From positions 1 through 48,523 of IMG/VR virus record IMGVR_UViG_3300044466_000011: a stretch of 48,523 bases of DNA. One strand, given 5' to 3'. The notes under the pieces are model-generated. The model was not told the DNA's origin and ran no database searches. It saw only the letters and a list, made by a program, of their open reading frames with translations. The translations under genes were made by a program, and so were the position numbers. This DNA is from a virus (taxonomy: Duplodnaviria; Caudoviricetes). Within the stretch, counting starts at the first letter, position 1, and every line of letters starts with the position of its first letter. Positions 1 through 12,200 of the stretch are shown here, in pieces.

Positions 1-223
1 GAAGCTCGAGCAGCGGGAGCTCCGCACCAACTACACCCACGCCGATATGTTCTTCGTCGACAGCGGCCTGAGCTACTCGGGCGCGGCGGCGACGACGTTC
101 GCGGGGCTCGAGCACCTGGAGGGCAAGACCGTCGCGGTGATTGCCGACGGCGTGGCGCTCTTCAACGGCAGCGAGGAGGACGCGCCGGTGGTCACCGGCG
201 GCACGGTCTACCTGACGGCACCG
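1..223. repeat. Terminal direct repeat, copy 1 (circular overlap)
   Basis: 1-223 matches 48301-48523 except position 103 (G) vs 48403 (C); falls inside a gene that continues across the junction. Confidence 0.95.
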
Positions 224-571
224 GCCGGCGAGGACGGCTACGTCAACGTGCACATCGGCCTGCCCTACACCATGGAAGTGGAGACGCTGGCGCTCGACGT
301 CGGCGGCCAGGAGATCCGCGACAGCAAGAAGCGCGTGGGCTCGGTGACGCTGCTCGTGCACCAGAGCTCGGCGGAGTTCGAAGCCGGCCACGAGGGGCGC
401 ATGCGGCGCTACTCGCGCAATGCCTGGGAGTCGACCGGCCTGGTGACCGACACCCTCGAGGTGCACATCTCGCCCGAATACAACAAGCACGGGTCGGTGA
501 TCGTGCGCATGACCGAGCCGCTGCCGCTGACCATCCTGGGGATCATCCCGCGCGCGGAAGTAGGAGGCTGA
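2..571 (+). CDS. Tail tubular protein B / nozzle, C-terminal part (continues from 46658 across the circular junction)
   Basis: Same frame as the ORF from 46658; motifs GLEHLEGKTVAVIADG, VHIGLPY, PLPLTILGI typical of podovirus tail tube B. Confidence 0.9.
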   Translation, partial: KLEQRELRTNYTHADMFFVDSGLSYSGAAATTFAGLEHLEGKTVAVIADGVALFNGSEEDAPVVTGGTVYLTAPAGEDGYVNVHIGLPYTMEVETLALDVGGQEIRDSKKRVGSVTLLVHQSSAEFEAGHEGRMRRYSRNAWESTGLVTDTLEVHISPEYNKHGSVIVRMTEPLPLTILGIIPRAEVGG

Positions 572-573
572 CC

Positions 574-897
574 GTGGACCTGAAAAGCATGAAGCTGCCG
601 GCACGCACCCAGGAGTCACTGGTCGCGAGCGCCGAGGTGCCCGAGGGCCCGCGCTACCCCGGCGGCCTGTCGCTGCACCTGGACGACGACGTGCTCGAGA
701 AGCTGTCGATGAACCTGCCCGACGTCGGGAAGAGTTTCATGCTGCAGGCGCGCGTGCACGTCACCGCCGCCTCGCAGATGGAATACGAGGGCGACAAGAA
801 GCGGCGCGCGGTGTCGCTGCAGATCGTCGACATGGGCCTGGGCAGCGACGAGGGCGAGGGCGGCGATGCGGCCGAGAAGCTCTATGGGGGGAAGTGA
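574..897 (+). CDS. Capsid staple protein, epsilon15 gp10-like
   Basis: YPGGLSLHLD..LEKL..LPDVG..VSLQIVDMGL resembles epsilon15 gp10 as I recall it (YPWGLRITLD..LPAVG..VELQITDIGL); GGAGG RBS before GTG. Confidence 0.75.
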   Translation: MDLKSMKLPARTQESLVASAEVPEGPRYPGGLSLHLDDDVLEKLSMNLPDVGKSFMLQARVHVTAASQMEYEGDKKRRAVSLQIVDMGLGSDEGEGGDAAEKLYGGK

Positions 898-900
898 TCC

Positions 901-1452
901 ATGTGGCCCCTGTTGATCCTGGGCGGCATCTCGACGGCGCTCTCCGCCTTCGGGCAGTGGAAGGCCGGCAGCGCGGAGAAGAAAGCCGGCGAGGCGGCCA
1001 AGCGCGCCGCGATGAGCCAGGCGGAGCTCACCGAATACAACGCCGCGGTGATGCACGTGCAGGCCCAGGACGCCCTGGTGCGCGGCGAGATCGACGCCAA
1101 CCGCTACCGCTCGAAGGTGCGCGGCATCGTCGGTGAGCAGCGCGCCGGCTTCGCGGCCGCCAACGTCGACGTCGGCTTCGGCAGCGCGGTCGACGTCCAG
1201 GCGGATGCGGCCTACCTGGGCGAGCTCGATGCGCTGACCGCGAAGACGAACGCCGCGCGCGAGGCCTGGGGCTTCGAAGTGGAAGCGACCGACCTGCGCA
1301 AGCAGGCCGCGATCACCCGGAAGGAGGGCGTCAACCTGGCGGCCGCCGGCGCGCAGCGGCAGAGCGCGTCCCGCTACCAGGCGCTCGGGACCATTGCCTC
1401 CGGCAGCTACTCGCTGCTCGAGGCGAAATACGGCTTCGGCCGGAGGGGCTGA
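901..1452 (+). CDS. Internal virion/ejection protein (small, T7 gp14 position)
   Basis: Hydrophobic N-terminus, QRAGFAAANVDVGFGSAVDVQ motif, Ala-rich helical; follows tail tube B. Confidence 0.75.
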   Translation: MWPLLILGGISTALSAFGQWKAGSAEKKAGEAAKRAAMSQAELTEYNAAVMHVQAQDALVRGEIDANRYRSKVRGIVGEQRAGFAAANVDVGFGSAVDVQADAAYLGELDALTAKTNAAREAWGFEVEATDLRKQAAITRKEGVNLAAAGAQRQSASRYQALGTIASGSYSLLEAKYGFGRRG

Positions 1453-1455
1453 TTC

Positions 1456-3207
1456 ATGCCGACAGTTCGACGCTACGAACGCGAGCAGCGCCTCGGCAGT
1501 CTGCCGCGGGGCACCATGTCGGCCGCGGAGACGGCGCTCTCGGAAGGGGCCGGCGTCGAGGAGGCCCGCGCCGACAAGCTGCGATCGTTCGCGGAAACCG
1601 CCGGCATCGTCGGCCGCATCGGCACGCAGATCTACGGCGACATTGTCGAGAAGGAGCGGCGCGAGGCCAACATCACCCAGGCGCTCGAGATCGACAACGG
1701 CTTCGCCGAGTGGAAGAACCGCTACCTCTACGACCAGCAGAACGGCGCGCTCTTGAAGAAGGGCAAGAACGCCATGACCCTGCCGAAGGAGGCGCTCGAG
1801 GAGTTCGACAAAACCGCCGGCGAGCTCGAGAAGCTGGCGACCAACCCGGAGCAGCGCGCGCAGTTCGCGAAGATCCGATCGAACTATCGGCAGCAGGTCG
1901 ACCTGGAGGTGCAGCGCCACACCGCGGGCGAGGTGATGGAGCACCAGAACCAGACGCTCGAGGCGAAGATCGCGCTCGGCACCGCGGCGGCGATCCAGCA
2001 CGCCACCGACCCGACCATGCTGTCGGCGAATCTCAAGAGCGTCGACGACGCGATCGACGCCATGAGCTCGGCGCTCGGGTGGTCGCCGGAGAAGGTCACC
2101 GCGCGCAAGGCGAAGGAGCACTCCGACGTCCACGTCGAAGCGATCAGCCAACTGATCGCGAAGGGCAAGACCGAGGAGGCGAAGACCTGGTTCGCGGCCA
2201 ACAAGGCGGAGATCGACGGCTCGGTCTACGACGCGATCGAGACGAAGCTGAAAGACGGCGACGACCTGAAGCAGGCGCAGATCGCCGCGGCCAAGATCAC
2301 CAGCACGCCCGGCACGCTGACCCAGCACCGCGAAGCGGCGAAGGCGATCGCCGACCCCGAGCAGCAGCAGAAGGCGCTCGAGATCATCGAGCACGAGCAC
2401 GCGATCAAGCGGCAGGAGAAGCTGAACGCCGAGCGCGAGAACCTGCGCACGGTCTACAACCGGATCGAGTCGGGCGAGACGAACATCGCGACCTGGATGC
2501 GCTCGAAGGAGTGGCAGGACATGGACCCCGGCGAGCGCGTCACCGCCGCCGAATACATCCAGCGCCGCATCAAGGGGTGGCCGGTCACCACCAACATCGC
2601 GAAGAAGCTCGAGCTCTACGAGATGATCCGCGACGACCCCAACAAGTTCGTCGGGCTCAAGCTGCTGAACTACCGCAACGACCTGTCCGACAGTGATCTC
2701 GAGGAGCTCGCGCGCACCCAGGTGAACATCCAGCAGGGCAAGACCCGCGAGGCCGAGAAAGATATCACCGGCCTGCTGTCGGTGGAGTCGGTGCTGCGCA
2801 ACACCATGGGCTCGCGCTACGACCCGAAGAAAGCCGAGAGCCAGGAGCTCCTGCGAGCGCTCAACGCGAAGTATGAAGAGGCGCAGCAGCGGACCGGGAA
2901 GAAGATGACCGACACCGAGCTCCAGGAGACGGCGGACTTCCTGTGGCAGGACGTGGTGGTGAAGGAGGGCACGTGGAAGGCCCTGGTCCCGTGGCGCGGC
3001 ACGATGTGGTATCCGGTCGGCGCGGACGAGCGCTTCGTCGATCAGACGAAGCCGGTGCGTGATCTGACGATCAGCGACATTCCGCCGGGCGAGCAGCAGA
3101 GCATCCAGAACGCGCTGCGCGGAGCCGGCAAAACCCCCACGCCCGACCTGGTGCTCCAGGAGTGGGTGCGCGCGAAGAAGCGACTCGGCCAGGTGCGGCA
3201 ACCCTAA
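1456..3207 (+). CDS. Internal virion/ejection protein (gp15 position)
   Basis: 583-aa helical ORF, MPTVRRY start, GGAGG RBS, between the small and giant ejection genes. Confidence 0.7.
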   Translation: MPTVRRYEREQRLGSLPRGTMSAAETALSEGAGVEEARADKLRSFAETAGIVGRIGTQIYGDIVEKERREANITQALEIDNGFAEWKNRYLYDQQNGALLKKGKNAMTLPKEALEEFDKTAGELEKLATNPEQRAQFAKIRSNYRQQVDLEVQRHTAGEVMEHQNQTLEAKIALGTAAAIQHATDPTMLSANLKSVDDAIDAMSSALGWSPEKVTARKAKEHSDVHVEAISQLIAKGKTEEAKTWFAANKAEIDGSVYDAIETKLKDGDDLKQAQIAAAKITSTPGTLTQHREAAKAIADPEQQQKALEIIEHEHAIKRQEKLNAERENLRTVYNRIESGETNIATWMRSKEWQDMDPGERVTAAEYIQRRIKGWPVTTNIAKKLELYEMIRDDPNKFVGLKLLNYRNDLSDSDLEELARTQVNIQQGKTREAEKDITGLLSVESVLRNTMGSRYDPKKAESQELLRALNAKYEEAQQRTGKKMTDTELQETADFLWQDVVVKEGTWKALVPWRGTMWYPVGADERFVDQTKPVRDLTISDIPPGEQQSIQNALRGAGKTPTPDLVLQEWVRAKKRLGQVRQP

Positions 3208-6200
3208 TGCCTTTCGAACAGCAGCAGCAAGACGATCCCCTCACCGCAGCCGTCAAGGCCAACCTGGCGGAGGACGCCCGCGCCGAGCAGGAGCGGCTGA
3301 AGGTCGCCGGCGCGTCGACGGTGTCGCCGGACAAAGCCGCCGAGGGCGCGCGCATCCAGCAGCGCTTCGGTCTGCCGGCGTCGTTCGTCGAGCGCAACTA
3401 CGACAACCTGAAGAAGCAGATCGACGCCGAGGACCTGGCGCAGAAGCTCCAGACCGCGCCGGCGCTCAAGACCGCGATGCAGGACCCGTCGTTCGCGACC
3501 GCGGCGAAGGACGACGTCGACACGCTGCACACGCTCGAGCGCAGCGTCAGCTTCGGCGAAGCGATCGCGCGCGGCGTCGACACCACCGCCGCGATGGGCG
3601 GCGCGTTCCTCGAGGCCACCGGCGAGCTCGTGGGGGCAGACGCCCTGGCGGCGCGCGGCCGCGGCATCCGGCAGCGCAACACCCTCGACATTCAGAAGGC
3701 CGGCGCGAAGCAGACCTTCATGGGGATCCGCGGCATCAACGACCTGGGGCAATACCTGACCGAGACGGTCGGCGAGATGATCCCGATCATGGCTCCGTCG
3801 CTGGCCGGCGCGGCGGCGGGCGGCGAGATCGGCGCGCTCGTCGGCACCGCGGTCCCGCTTCCCGTTGTCGGGACGGTGAGCGGCGCGACGATCGGCGCGT
3901 TGATCGGGGCGTTCATCCCCGCCTTCGCGTTGGGTGTCGGCGAGACGCAGATGGGGATCAAGGAGGCCGACCCCAACCTGGCCGCGCCGGCGACGGCGTT
4001 TCTGGGCGGCAGCGCGATCGCGGCGTTCGACACCGCGCTGCCAGGGCACGTGGGCTCGCGCCTGGTCAAGGCCTTCGGCACCGAGGTGGCGGAGGAGGTG
4101 GCGAAGCGAGCGCTGACGCAGATCGTCAAGCCCAAGTTCTTCCGCGAGGTGGCGAAGGAGACGGTGCACGGGCTCGCGACCGAGGGCGTCACCGAGGCGA
4201 TCCAGGAAGCGATCGGCGCGGTCGCCGTGGCGCAGGCGCAGGGCAAGCCGATCGGGTCGGTGTTCACGCCGGAGCTCGCGGTGCAGATGATCGAGGCCGG
4301 TGTCGCCGGCGCGGTGATGGGCGGCACCACCAGCGGCGTCTCGCGCATCGCCGAGCAGCGCGCGCTCTCGAGACGCGCCGTGGCGGCCGAGCAGCAGCAG
4401 CTGCTGTTCCAGGCGCTCGCCCAGGGCGCGATCGACTCGAAGCTGATCGCGCGCCTGCCGGAGGCCGCCAAGGGGTGGCTGCAGTCACGCCTCAAGGAAG
4501 GTCCGATCAAGGACGTCTTCATCGACGCCGACACCTTCACCGAATACTTCCAGGGCCGCGGCGAGAACGCCGAGAGTGTGGCGGCCAAGGTCACCGGCGA
4601 CCCGGAGGCGCTCGCCAAGGCCCGCGCCAACAACGAGCCGCTCCGGATCCCGACGGCCGCCTACGCGGTGGAGATCGCCGGCAGCGAGCACCACGGGGCG
4701 CTCGAGCCGGACCTGCGCCTGGGCACGCCGGCGGCGATGAGCCGGCGCGAGGCGGTCACCTACCGCGCCAAGGTCCTGGCCGAGATGCAGGCCGCGAAGG
4801 ACAGCGGCGCGCTCGACGAGGTGGGCCAGGTGCGCCAGGCGCTGGTCGCCCAGTTCATGCAGGGCGCGAAGATGAGCCAGGCCCAGGCGGAGCGGCAGAC
4901 GGCGCTCTACGAGGCCGGCTTCGTCGCCCTGTCCCGGCGGAAGGGCGTCACCCTCTCGGTGCTCGAGCTCTACAACCGCTACGGCCTAAAGGTCCAGGTG
5001 GAGAAGGGCACCGCCGCGCCGGCCGCCGAGACGCCAGCCGGCGGGCCTGCCGCGGCCCCTGCTGCCGCCCCAGGCGAGGACCTGGGCCAATCCTCGGCCC
5101 CGGCAGCGGAGCCCCAGGAAGCGGCTCCAGGGGCCCCAGGCGAGGCGCAGGGCGACGAAGGGCCGCCGGCAGGGGGGACGTCCGAGACGCCCGTGCCGCG
5201 ACCGCCAGGCCCCTGGGACGCGAACGTGGACCCCGCCGTGGCTCGGGGCATCGGCCAGATCACGCACGATCCCAATGCCCCGATCAACGCCATGGCGGAC
5301 ATTGGGGCGGCGGCCGCTCGGATGATGGCGGAAAACCCCAACATCATGCGGGAGGCCGCCGAGCTCCGCGCCCGGTCCCAGGCCGCCCGCAAGCCGGCCC
5401 CGCCACGGGAACCCAAGACACCTGGTCAGCAAGCCCTGGTTGACCTCACCGGCGTCGATCCTGACGTCCTAGGGGCCCTTCCCCCACCAGTGGTCGTGAT
5501 GACGCAGGGCGAGGCGGTGACGGGCGCGGAAGGGGAGTTCCCTGCCGCCCTGTCGCCCGCCGAGCTCCTGGCCGCCGGCGACTGGCTGAACACCCCGCAG
5601 CGGGCCGATATCTCCGAGCTCGTCGCGGAGATCCGCCGGGAGGGGATCCGCGAGCCGGTGGTGATGACCCGCGAGGTGACCGACGACGGCACGGTGGTCG
5701 AGGTGCTGCTCGACGGCCACGAGACGGTCCGCGCCGCGGCGGAGCTCGGGCTCTCGAGCGTGCCGGTGATCTGGCGGGACCAGGTGACCGGGGAGACATT
5801 CGAGGAGCACACGATCATCCTCGAGCAGGCCGCCGCGCCGGCGGACAAGATCAGCGGCCAGCCGGCCGCGGAGGTGCGCGGCGTCGAGGACGCCCGGCAG
5901 CTGCCGTTCCCGTCGATCGACGAAGCGCAGAGCCTGGCGCTGCTCAACGCGCGCGACAAGAGCCAGGTCACCACGCAGGCGATCCCGCTCGAGCAGCTGG
6001 TCGCCACCCAGAGCACCTTCTCGGAGAGCGTGGCCCGCGACTACCAGGCCGGCACGCGCGAAGCCACCGAGCCGGTCGAGGCCGTCGAGCACGAGGGACG
6101 GTTCTACCTCCTGGGCGGCACGCACCGAGCGGTCGCGGCCTGGGCCGCCGGCGAGACGACGATCGAGGCCGACGTCACCCGGACCACCGGACCCGTGGCG

Positions 6201-9200
6201 CTCCAGCCGACCGCGGCGGTGACGCTGCCGCATGGCGCGACGGCGGAGCAATCCGACACCGGCGAGAGCGTGATCCGAATCGGTGACAGCTACCTCGAGC
6301 TCGCGGTGCCCACCGCGCACACCGACGTCGCCGGCGAGTCGCTGCCGGAGGGGTTCCTCTACGTCATGGACGTGGCGGCCGCGCCGCGCCGCGAGGGCAT
6401 CGGCCGGCGGCTCTATGAGGCCGCGCTCGTCTACGCCAAGCAGCAGGGCTACCAGGGCATCTCGAGCACCGACCTGGCGCGCAACGACCAGAGCGAAGCC
6501 GTGTGGGCGGCGCTCAAGCGCGACGGCCAGGTGACGACCCAGGGAGCCTACGACCTGCTGACCGGGCTGCAGGAGAAGGGCGGCGACGAGTTCTTCCAGG
6601 AACCCGCGCCGGTGCGCGACCCGCGCGAGCTCGCCGCGATCGCGCTCTACAAGCAGCGCGGCGGTGGCGGCTCGGTGGTCCGCATGGCGGTGGCGCTGCG
6701 CGAGCAGGGCATCCGGCCGGCGACCCGCACCAAGGCCGAGCGCATCGCGGCGAATGCTTACGTCGACGCCCTGGTCCAGGAGGCCGACCGCGGCGAGGAG
6801 TTCTTCCAGGCCGCGAGCAAGCACGCGAAGGAGGTGCGCGGCGACATGCGCTACGCGCCGGCGCGCTACCAGAACGGCGGCCGGATCATCTTCTCGAGCC
6901 GGGTGCCCTGGGTGATGGTGAAGGAGGGCCAGGACGCCGAGGCGATCATGCGCCGCAACCTGCGCCCGCGGCTCGACGTGTTGCAGACCGACCTGTCGGT
7001 GCTCAAGGAACCGGAGGCGGTGAAGAGCGGTGCGACCGAGCGCTACGCCGATGCGGTGCGCGCGCTGCCGCTGCTGACCGAGGCCGACCTGGCGGAGACG
7101 GCCGACAACCACGACGCCGCGATCGAGCGCGGGGTGCAGCGCATGGTGCGCAACCTGCGCTGGCTCTGGGACCAGTTCGACGACGCGACCCGCAACCGCG
7201 CGAAGCTGTGGTATGTCGGCGCGCATCGGATCGCCAACGAGCTCGCCGCGGAATACCAGGTCGCGCCGCGGCAGGCCGCCGGCGTGCTCGCGGTGCTGTC
7301 GCCGCAAATGGACTGGTTCAAGAACGTCGACCTGGCGCGGCGCGTGTTCAAGGCCTACGACTACCTCGAGCACCACAACCCGAAGTTCACCGACCTGTTC
7401 CGGGTCTACCGATCGCGCATCGAGAACCGCAAGCAGAACGCGAGCGGCGAGAAGATCACCGACGCGCAGCGCGCCGCGACCAAGGCCCTGCTCGACGCCG
7501 AGGAGGCGCTCTGGGCCGGCAAGCGGTGGAAGGAGCTCGACGCCTTCGGCCGCGCGCACATGCTGCGCGAGTGGGATCAGGTCCACATCCCGCGGCAGTA
7601 TCAGATCATCACGCCGGAGGGCGACAACGCCGGGCACTCCCTGACGGACGCCGGCGTGCCCGAGCGGGTCAGCTGGGGGACCTACCCGCAGATCGCGAAT
7701 GCGGTCAGCCTGCTGATGGACGGCAGCGAGGCGAACATCGATCGGCGCATCGGCCGCGAGCACAAGGTCCGGTCGTTCTACAACAACATCTCCGATCCGG
7801 ATCACGCCGGCTTCGTCACCATCGACGTGCACGCGATCGCCGCGGCCTACATGCTGCCGCTGTCGGGGACCGACCCGCTCTCGATCCAGGTGATGGGCGG
7901 CTCGCCGACGGTGCCGGCCGCCGGCCTGTCCGGAATGAACCCCGTGGTCGCGGAAGCGTATAACCGTCTAGCCCGCGAGCTCGGGGTGCTGCCGCGCGAG
8001 GTGCAGTCGGTGACCTGGGAGGCGGCACGGTCGCTGTTCCCGGAGAGCATCAAGAAGGGGGCTGAAAAGCTCGAGGGCGAGACGGTCAAGACCACGCCGA
8101 TCCGCCGGGAGATCAACCGAATCTTCGGGCAATTCCGGAGTGGTAAAATAAGCGAAGCCGTGTATCGCCGCCAGGTGATGTTCGCGGCCGCCAAGGTTCA
8201 ACTCGAAGAGCTCGCGGAGCAGCTGAGACGGGGAGAGATCGATGCCGCCACGCACAACGCTCGCGTCCTTGTCGCCACAACTCAAATCCGATCCCCTCAT
8301 TGGGGGACTCGTGCAGCTGGGGATGCCGTTGACGAAGGCCGGCTACCTGCTGTTGATGTATGGAGCCGAGGACGAGCCGACCTTCCCCCTCGACGCCGAG
8401 ACGCTGGCGCTGATCCCGAAGGAGCTCGAGGGCAAGCTCCCGTCGACCAGGACCGAATACTGGGCGGCGGTGACGCCTATGACGAGTTCTTCCAGAGTCC
8501 GACGACCGGGAGCTCGCAGCCGTTCTACTCGCGCCTGACGCGCGCCGTCGAAGCCTCGCCCCAGGGGCGCGCGTCGGGCGCGCAGTGGAAGGCGACGATC
8601 CGCAACGCCAAGACCGGCGTCAACCTCGACGAGTTCACCCTCGCCAACGTCACCGAGCTCGACGACAAGCAGACCTACACCAGGCAGCAGGTGCTCGACT
8701 TCCTCGACCTGAATCGAGTGGTGGTCGAAGTGGTGAAGCTCGGCGAACCGATCGACGAGCGCGAGCTCCGCGCGAATGCCATGGAGCTCCAGGACCAGGC
8801 GCGCGAAGACGACCGCCGGGAGGCCGAGCCGCCCGACTTCAGCGACGACTGGCCCGGTGCGCAGATCGACGTCAACAAAGACGAGACGGGTGCGTGGGTC
8901 GCCTCGATCGACGGCGACGAGATGGGCGACAGCTACGACACCGCGGAGGAGGCGGAGGAGGCGGCCCAGGCCGAGATCGACGCCAACCGCGATCGCTGGA
9001 ACGACGAGCGCGAGCGCGAGTGGTGGAGCACCTGGGAGTCGGACTGGGACGACGACCACCCACTGCGCGACTTCGAGGAGTCGGCCGCTGAAGCCATGGG
9101 CCTCGAGGAGCAGAAGACCCACTACGGCGACTACCGCTTCTACCCGACCGATCCGGCGATCGTCGAGGACAGCTACCGCGAGACGTTCCTGACTGCGCCG

Positions 9201-12200
9201 AAAGCCATGGGCCCGCAATCGCTCGCGCCGGCGGCTCTCAGCCAGGAGGAGCTCGAGACGCTCGTGAACGCCGGCTGGAGCGAAGAGCTCGCCAGCATGG
9301 AACGCATGTCGCCAGAGTGGCGCGCCAACAAGGCGTCGACGATCATCGCGGAGATCGAGAGCAACATCACCGAGTTCGGCTACAAGGGAGCCGTCGTCAC
9401 GGAACTGCGGGAAACGCAGGCGCTGCTGCAGAAGATCGTCAACGATCCCAGCTTCGTCCGCGTCACCAGCAAGCGCACCTGGCAGGACGGGCACGAAGAC
9501 TACTGGATGATCAAGAACCCGATCGTCCGGCTGCGCTACGACCTGCGTGCCTACTCCGGTCCGCAGACCCGCGAGATCGCCGGGCGCGTCCGCATCGACC
9601 CGCGCGCCCACGGCGACGAGACGCAGCTGGTGCTCTTCGTCCACGAGATCCAGCCGCCCCAGGCCGAAGAGCAGACGCACATGCCGGAGCTCTTCCTCAA
9701 GAACTGGCGCGAGCTCGGGATCAAATACGCGCTGCGCGAGGCGGTGGAGCTCGGAGCCACGCACGTCGCCTGGACCACCGGGCAGATGCAGATCGACTTG
9801 TATCCGTCGATCGAGCAGGAGGTGAAGCGCATCTCCTGGTCGATGATCGGCGACGAGCGGCACGTCAACATCTTCACGCGCAAGGACGACGGTCAGATCC
9901 ACATCGCGCTGCATCCCAACGGCACCGTCCGCTCGCTCAGTAGCGACACTTCGCGGTGGGAGGGCGCGCCGCTCGAGAACGTGATCGGCAAGGAGCTCAC
10001 CGAGAAGATCCTCGCCGACGAGCGCGGCCGCCTCGAGGGCGAGGGGTTGAAGATCGGCGGCACCGGACTGCGCAAGCTCTACGACAAAGACCTGCCCGCG
10101 GTGGCCGGCAAGATCGTGAAGAAGGCCGCCGGCAAGGTCGAGGCGCTCGCCATCCCGCGGCGCTCCACGGCGGTGCTCTCGACGGCCGAGCGCTGGCGCG
10201 TCCGGCAGCGGACCAACCCGGCCGTCGCCGGCGGCATCGGCTACCAGCTGATGCGCGGCACGCAGGACGTCGTGCCGCCGGTGGTCGACCCTGTCACGCA
10301 GCAGATCGTGCCCGCGCCGGTCGAGATGTTCTCGTCGTTCGAAGAGGCGCAGCGCCAGGCGGACCGCCGCAACGAGGAGCTCCACGCGGAGAAGGCGAAG
10401 AGCGAACCGCGGACCGTCGACGTGCCGGCGATCGCGATCACGCCCGAGCTCAAGACGCAGGTGCTCGGCGGCCAGGCTTACTTCCAGGCGGACGCTGCCC
10501 AGGGCGAAGACGACGGCCGGCCACGTGGCTCGCTGCGCATCGCCAAAGACACCGGGCAGATGACGATCACGCTCTTCGACGGGCGCTGGGACGAGTCGAC
10601 GATCGTGCACGAGGGCGCGCATATGTTCCTCCGCATCATGGAGGACCTGGCCGCCGACAGCCCCGAGATCGCCGCCGACCTGGAGACGATCCGGCAGTGG
10701 GCCCCGGACGCGACCGCGCAGCCCGGCGGCCGGATGACGCGCTACCAGCACGAGCAGTTCGCGCGCGGCTTCGAGCTCTACATGCGAGAAGGCACCGCGC
10801 CGTCGCTGGGCCTGCGCGCGGTGTTCCATTCGTTCAAGCTGTGGCTCCTCGACATTTACAAATCGGCGCGCGACCTGAACGTCACGATCAACGACGACGT
10901 GCGCGGCGTGTTCGATCGGATGCTCGCGACCGAGGAGGCGATCGCCGAGGTGCACGCGGTCGGCAACCTCGTGCCGCTGTTCACCGATGCCGCGGCCGCC
11001 GGCATGAGCGATGCGGAGTTCATGCCCTACCAGGCGCTGGTGCTCGACGCCGGCCTGGAGGAGCGCGAGAAGCTCGAGCAGCGCCTCATGGCGGAGCTCA
11101 AACGCGAGCAGACCAGGGCCTACAAGGAGAAGCAGACCCAGGTGCTCGAGCAGGTGGCGCAGGAGGTGAACCAGCGCCCGGTCTACCGCGCCCTGGCGCT
11201 GATGCAGAAAGGCACCGAGCCGGACGGCTCACCGGTCGCCAACGTCGACGAGCCGATCAAGCTGTCGCGCACGATCATCACCGCGCGCTACGGCATCGAG
11301 CGGCTGAAGGCTGCGCCCCGCGGCGTGCTCGCGAAGGAAGGCGGAGGCGTCGACCCTGACGCGGTCGCGCAGCGCTACGGCTACGGGTCCGGCGACGAGC
11401 TCCTGGCCGCCATCACCGACGCGCCGCCGCGCCGGCAGGTGGTGCTCGAGGAGACGAAGCGCCGGATGGAGGCGGAGTATCCGTCGCTGATGCAGGACCG
11501 CGCGCAGCTGCTCGAGGCCGCCCAGGAGTCGATGGGCGATGCGCGCGAGAAGGTGATCAAGGCGGAGCTCGCCGCGCTGCACCACCGGCAGCGCCTGGTG
11601 CGTCCGCACGTCCGGGTCGCCGAGCAGGCCGGCCGCGAGGCCCTGGCCCAGGAGCGGAAGGAGCGCGCCTACGAGCGCCGCTACCTCGAGGCGGAGCAGA
11701 AGCTGGCGAACGCGATCGCCGCCGGCAAGGCGCAGGAGATCATCGACGCGATCCAGGCGGAGCTCTCGGCGCTGAAGGCGTCGATCCGCGGTGCGGCCAA
11801 GCGCATGCGCGGCGCAATCCCCGACGACGACACGTTCCGCCTGGCGGCCAAGACCCGGCTGCAGGGCACCGTGGTGCGCAACGTCAACCCGCAGGTGTTC
11901 TGGTCGGCGGCGCGTAAGAGCTCGACGATCGCGGCGGAGAAAGCTGCGCGGCAAGATCTCGAGGGCGCGATCGCGGCGAAGCACCAGGAGCTCCTGAACC
12001 TGGCGCTCTTCCGCGAGGCCACCCGGATCAAGCGCGACGTCGAGGCGCGGGTGAAGCGGGCGCGGGCGCTCTCCAAGACCGCGGCGCGCGAGCGGCTCGG
12101 CAAGGCCGGCGGCAGCTACCTCGAGCAGGTCGAAGCCATCCTCGAGCGCTTCGAGTTCACGCCGATCACCGGCACCGAGCGCAAGCGCCGCGCGTCTCTG

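Noticed and set aside
3162-3206. Upstream start of the giant ORF given by the track
   Set aside because: ATG 3207 overlapping the upstream TAA fits the coupling pattern better
5040-5500. Atypical codon stretch and TTGACC at 5440 as a second nested gene or promoter
   Set aside because: No matching -10 and no alternative frame with RBS and good codons; consistent with a Pro/Ala linker
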